Assembly (NCBI GenBank): GCA_049967655.1
Contig: JBMFSH010000047.1
Coordinates: 1-17,230 of the forward strand
DNA from: Acidobacteriota bacterium
GTDB lineage: Bacteria > Acidobacteriota > UBA4820 > DSQY01
Direction: 5' to 3'
DNA length: 17,230 nt
The translations under genes and the position numbers were made by a program. The notes beneath the pieces were generated by a model. It did not search any database, had not been told where the DNA came from, and saw only the letters and a program-made list of their open reading frames with translations. Positions 17,123-17,230 of this stretch are shown here, piece after piece; the stretch's first letter is position 1; every line of letters begins with the position of its first letter.

Positions 17123-17230
17123 AGAAAGGGCCACGATCCATGCACCAGAAAGGAGGGCAGAACTCTATCGTGCTCCAAAATCGTAAAGGTTCGTGTCACC
17201 TAACGTCGCAAAAGATCGTGTCACTTGACA

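Larger units (their letters stand above)
14906..17230 (+). mobile_element. IS21-family insertion sequence, apparently complete (2325 bp)
   Basis: TGT...ACA termini; 51-bp imperfect terminal inverted repeats (14906-14956, 17180-17230) that align without gaps; istA and istB with GTGA overlap. Confidence 0.9.

Noticed and set aside
17072..17230. CRISPR array or structured ncRNA in the repeats at the right end
   Set aside because: No repeat-spacer periodicity and no cas genes; the repeats are explained by IS21 terminal sites and an internal hairpin.

Overview
GC-rich bacterial accessory region with two halves. Left (about 1-11960, minus strand): a class I lanthipeptide gene cluster in the order promoter > lanA (74 aa; LxLxKx5L leader, double-Gly site, 39-aa core with 6 Cys) > stem-loop > MacB-type permease > lanC > lanB > lanT (C39 peptidase ABC exporter) > MacA-like adaptor > ABC ATPase > second permease > a truncated secreted protein, possibly TolC. 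Two homopolymer tracts sit at control points. A G16 tract fills the spacer between a perfect TTGACA -35 box and a TAATCT -10 box upstream of lanA (spacer 22 nt, G11 would give 17). A C8 tract frameshifts lanB (C9 would restore a 1070-aa protein). Together they suggest a phase-variable lanthipeptide system captured in the OFF state, although sequencing error in homopolymers must be excluded. Right (about 12265-17230, plus strand): a decayed type I restriction-modification locus (hsdS 3' remnant, hsdR 5' remnant) still holding an intact HTH plus nucleotidyltransferase (AbiE-like) pair with its own leaderless promoter and palindrome, then an IS1634-family remnant fused to hsdR, and a complete IS21-family element ending at the last base. 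All family assignments come from motif recognition by eye; no searches were run.
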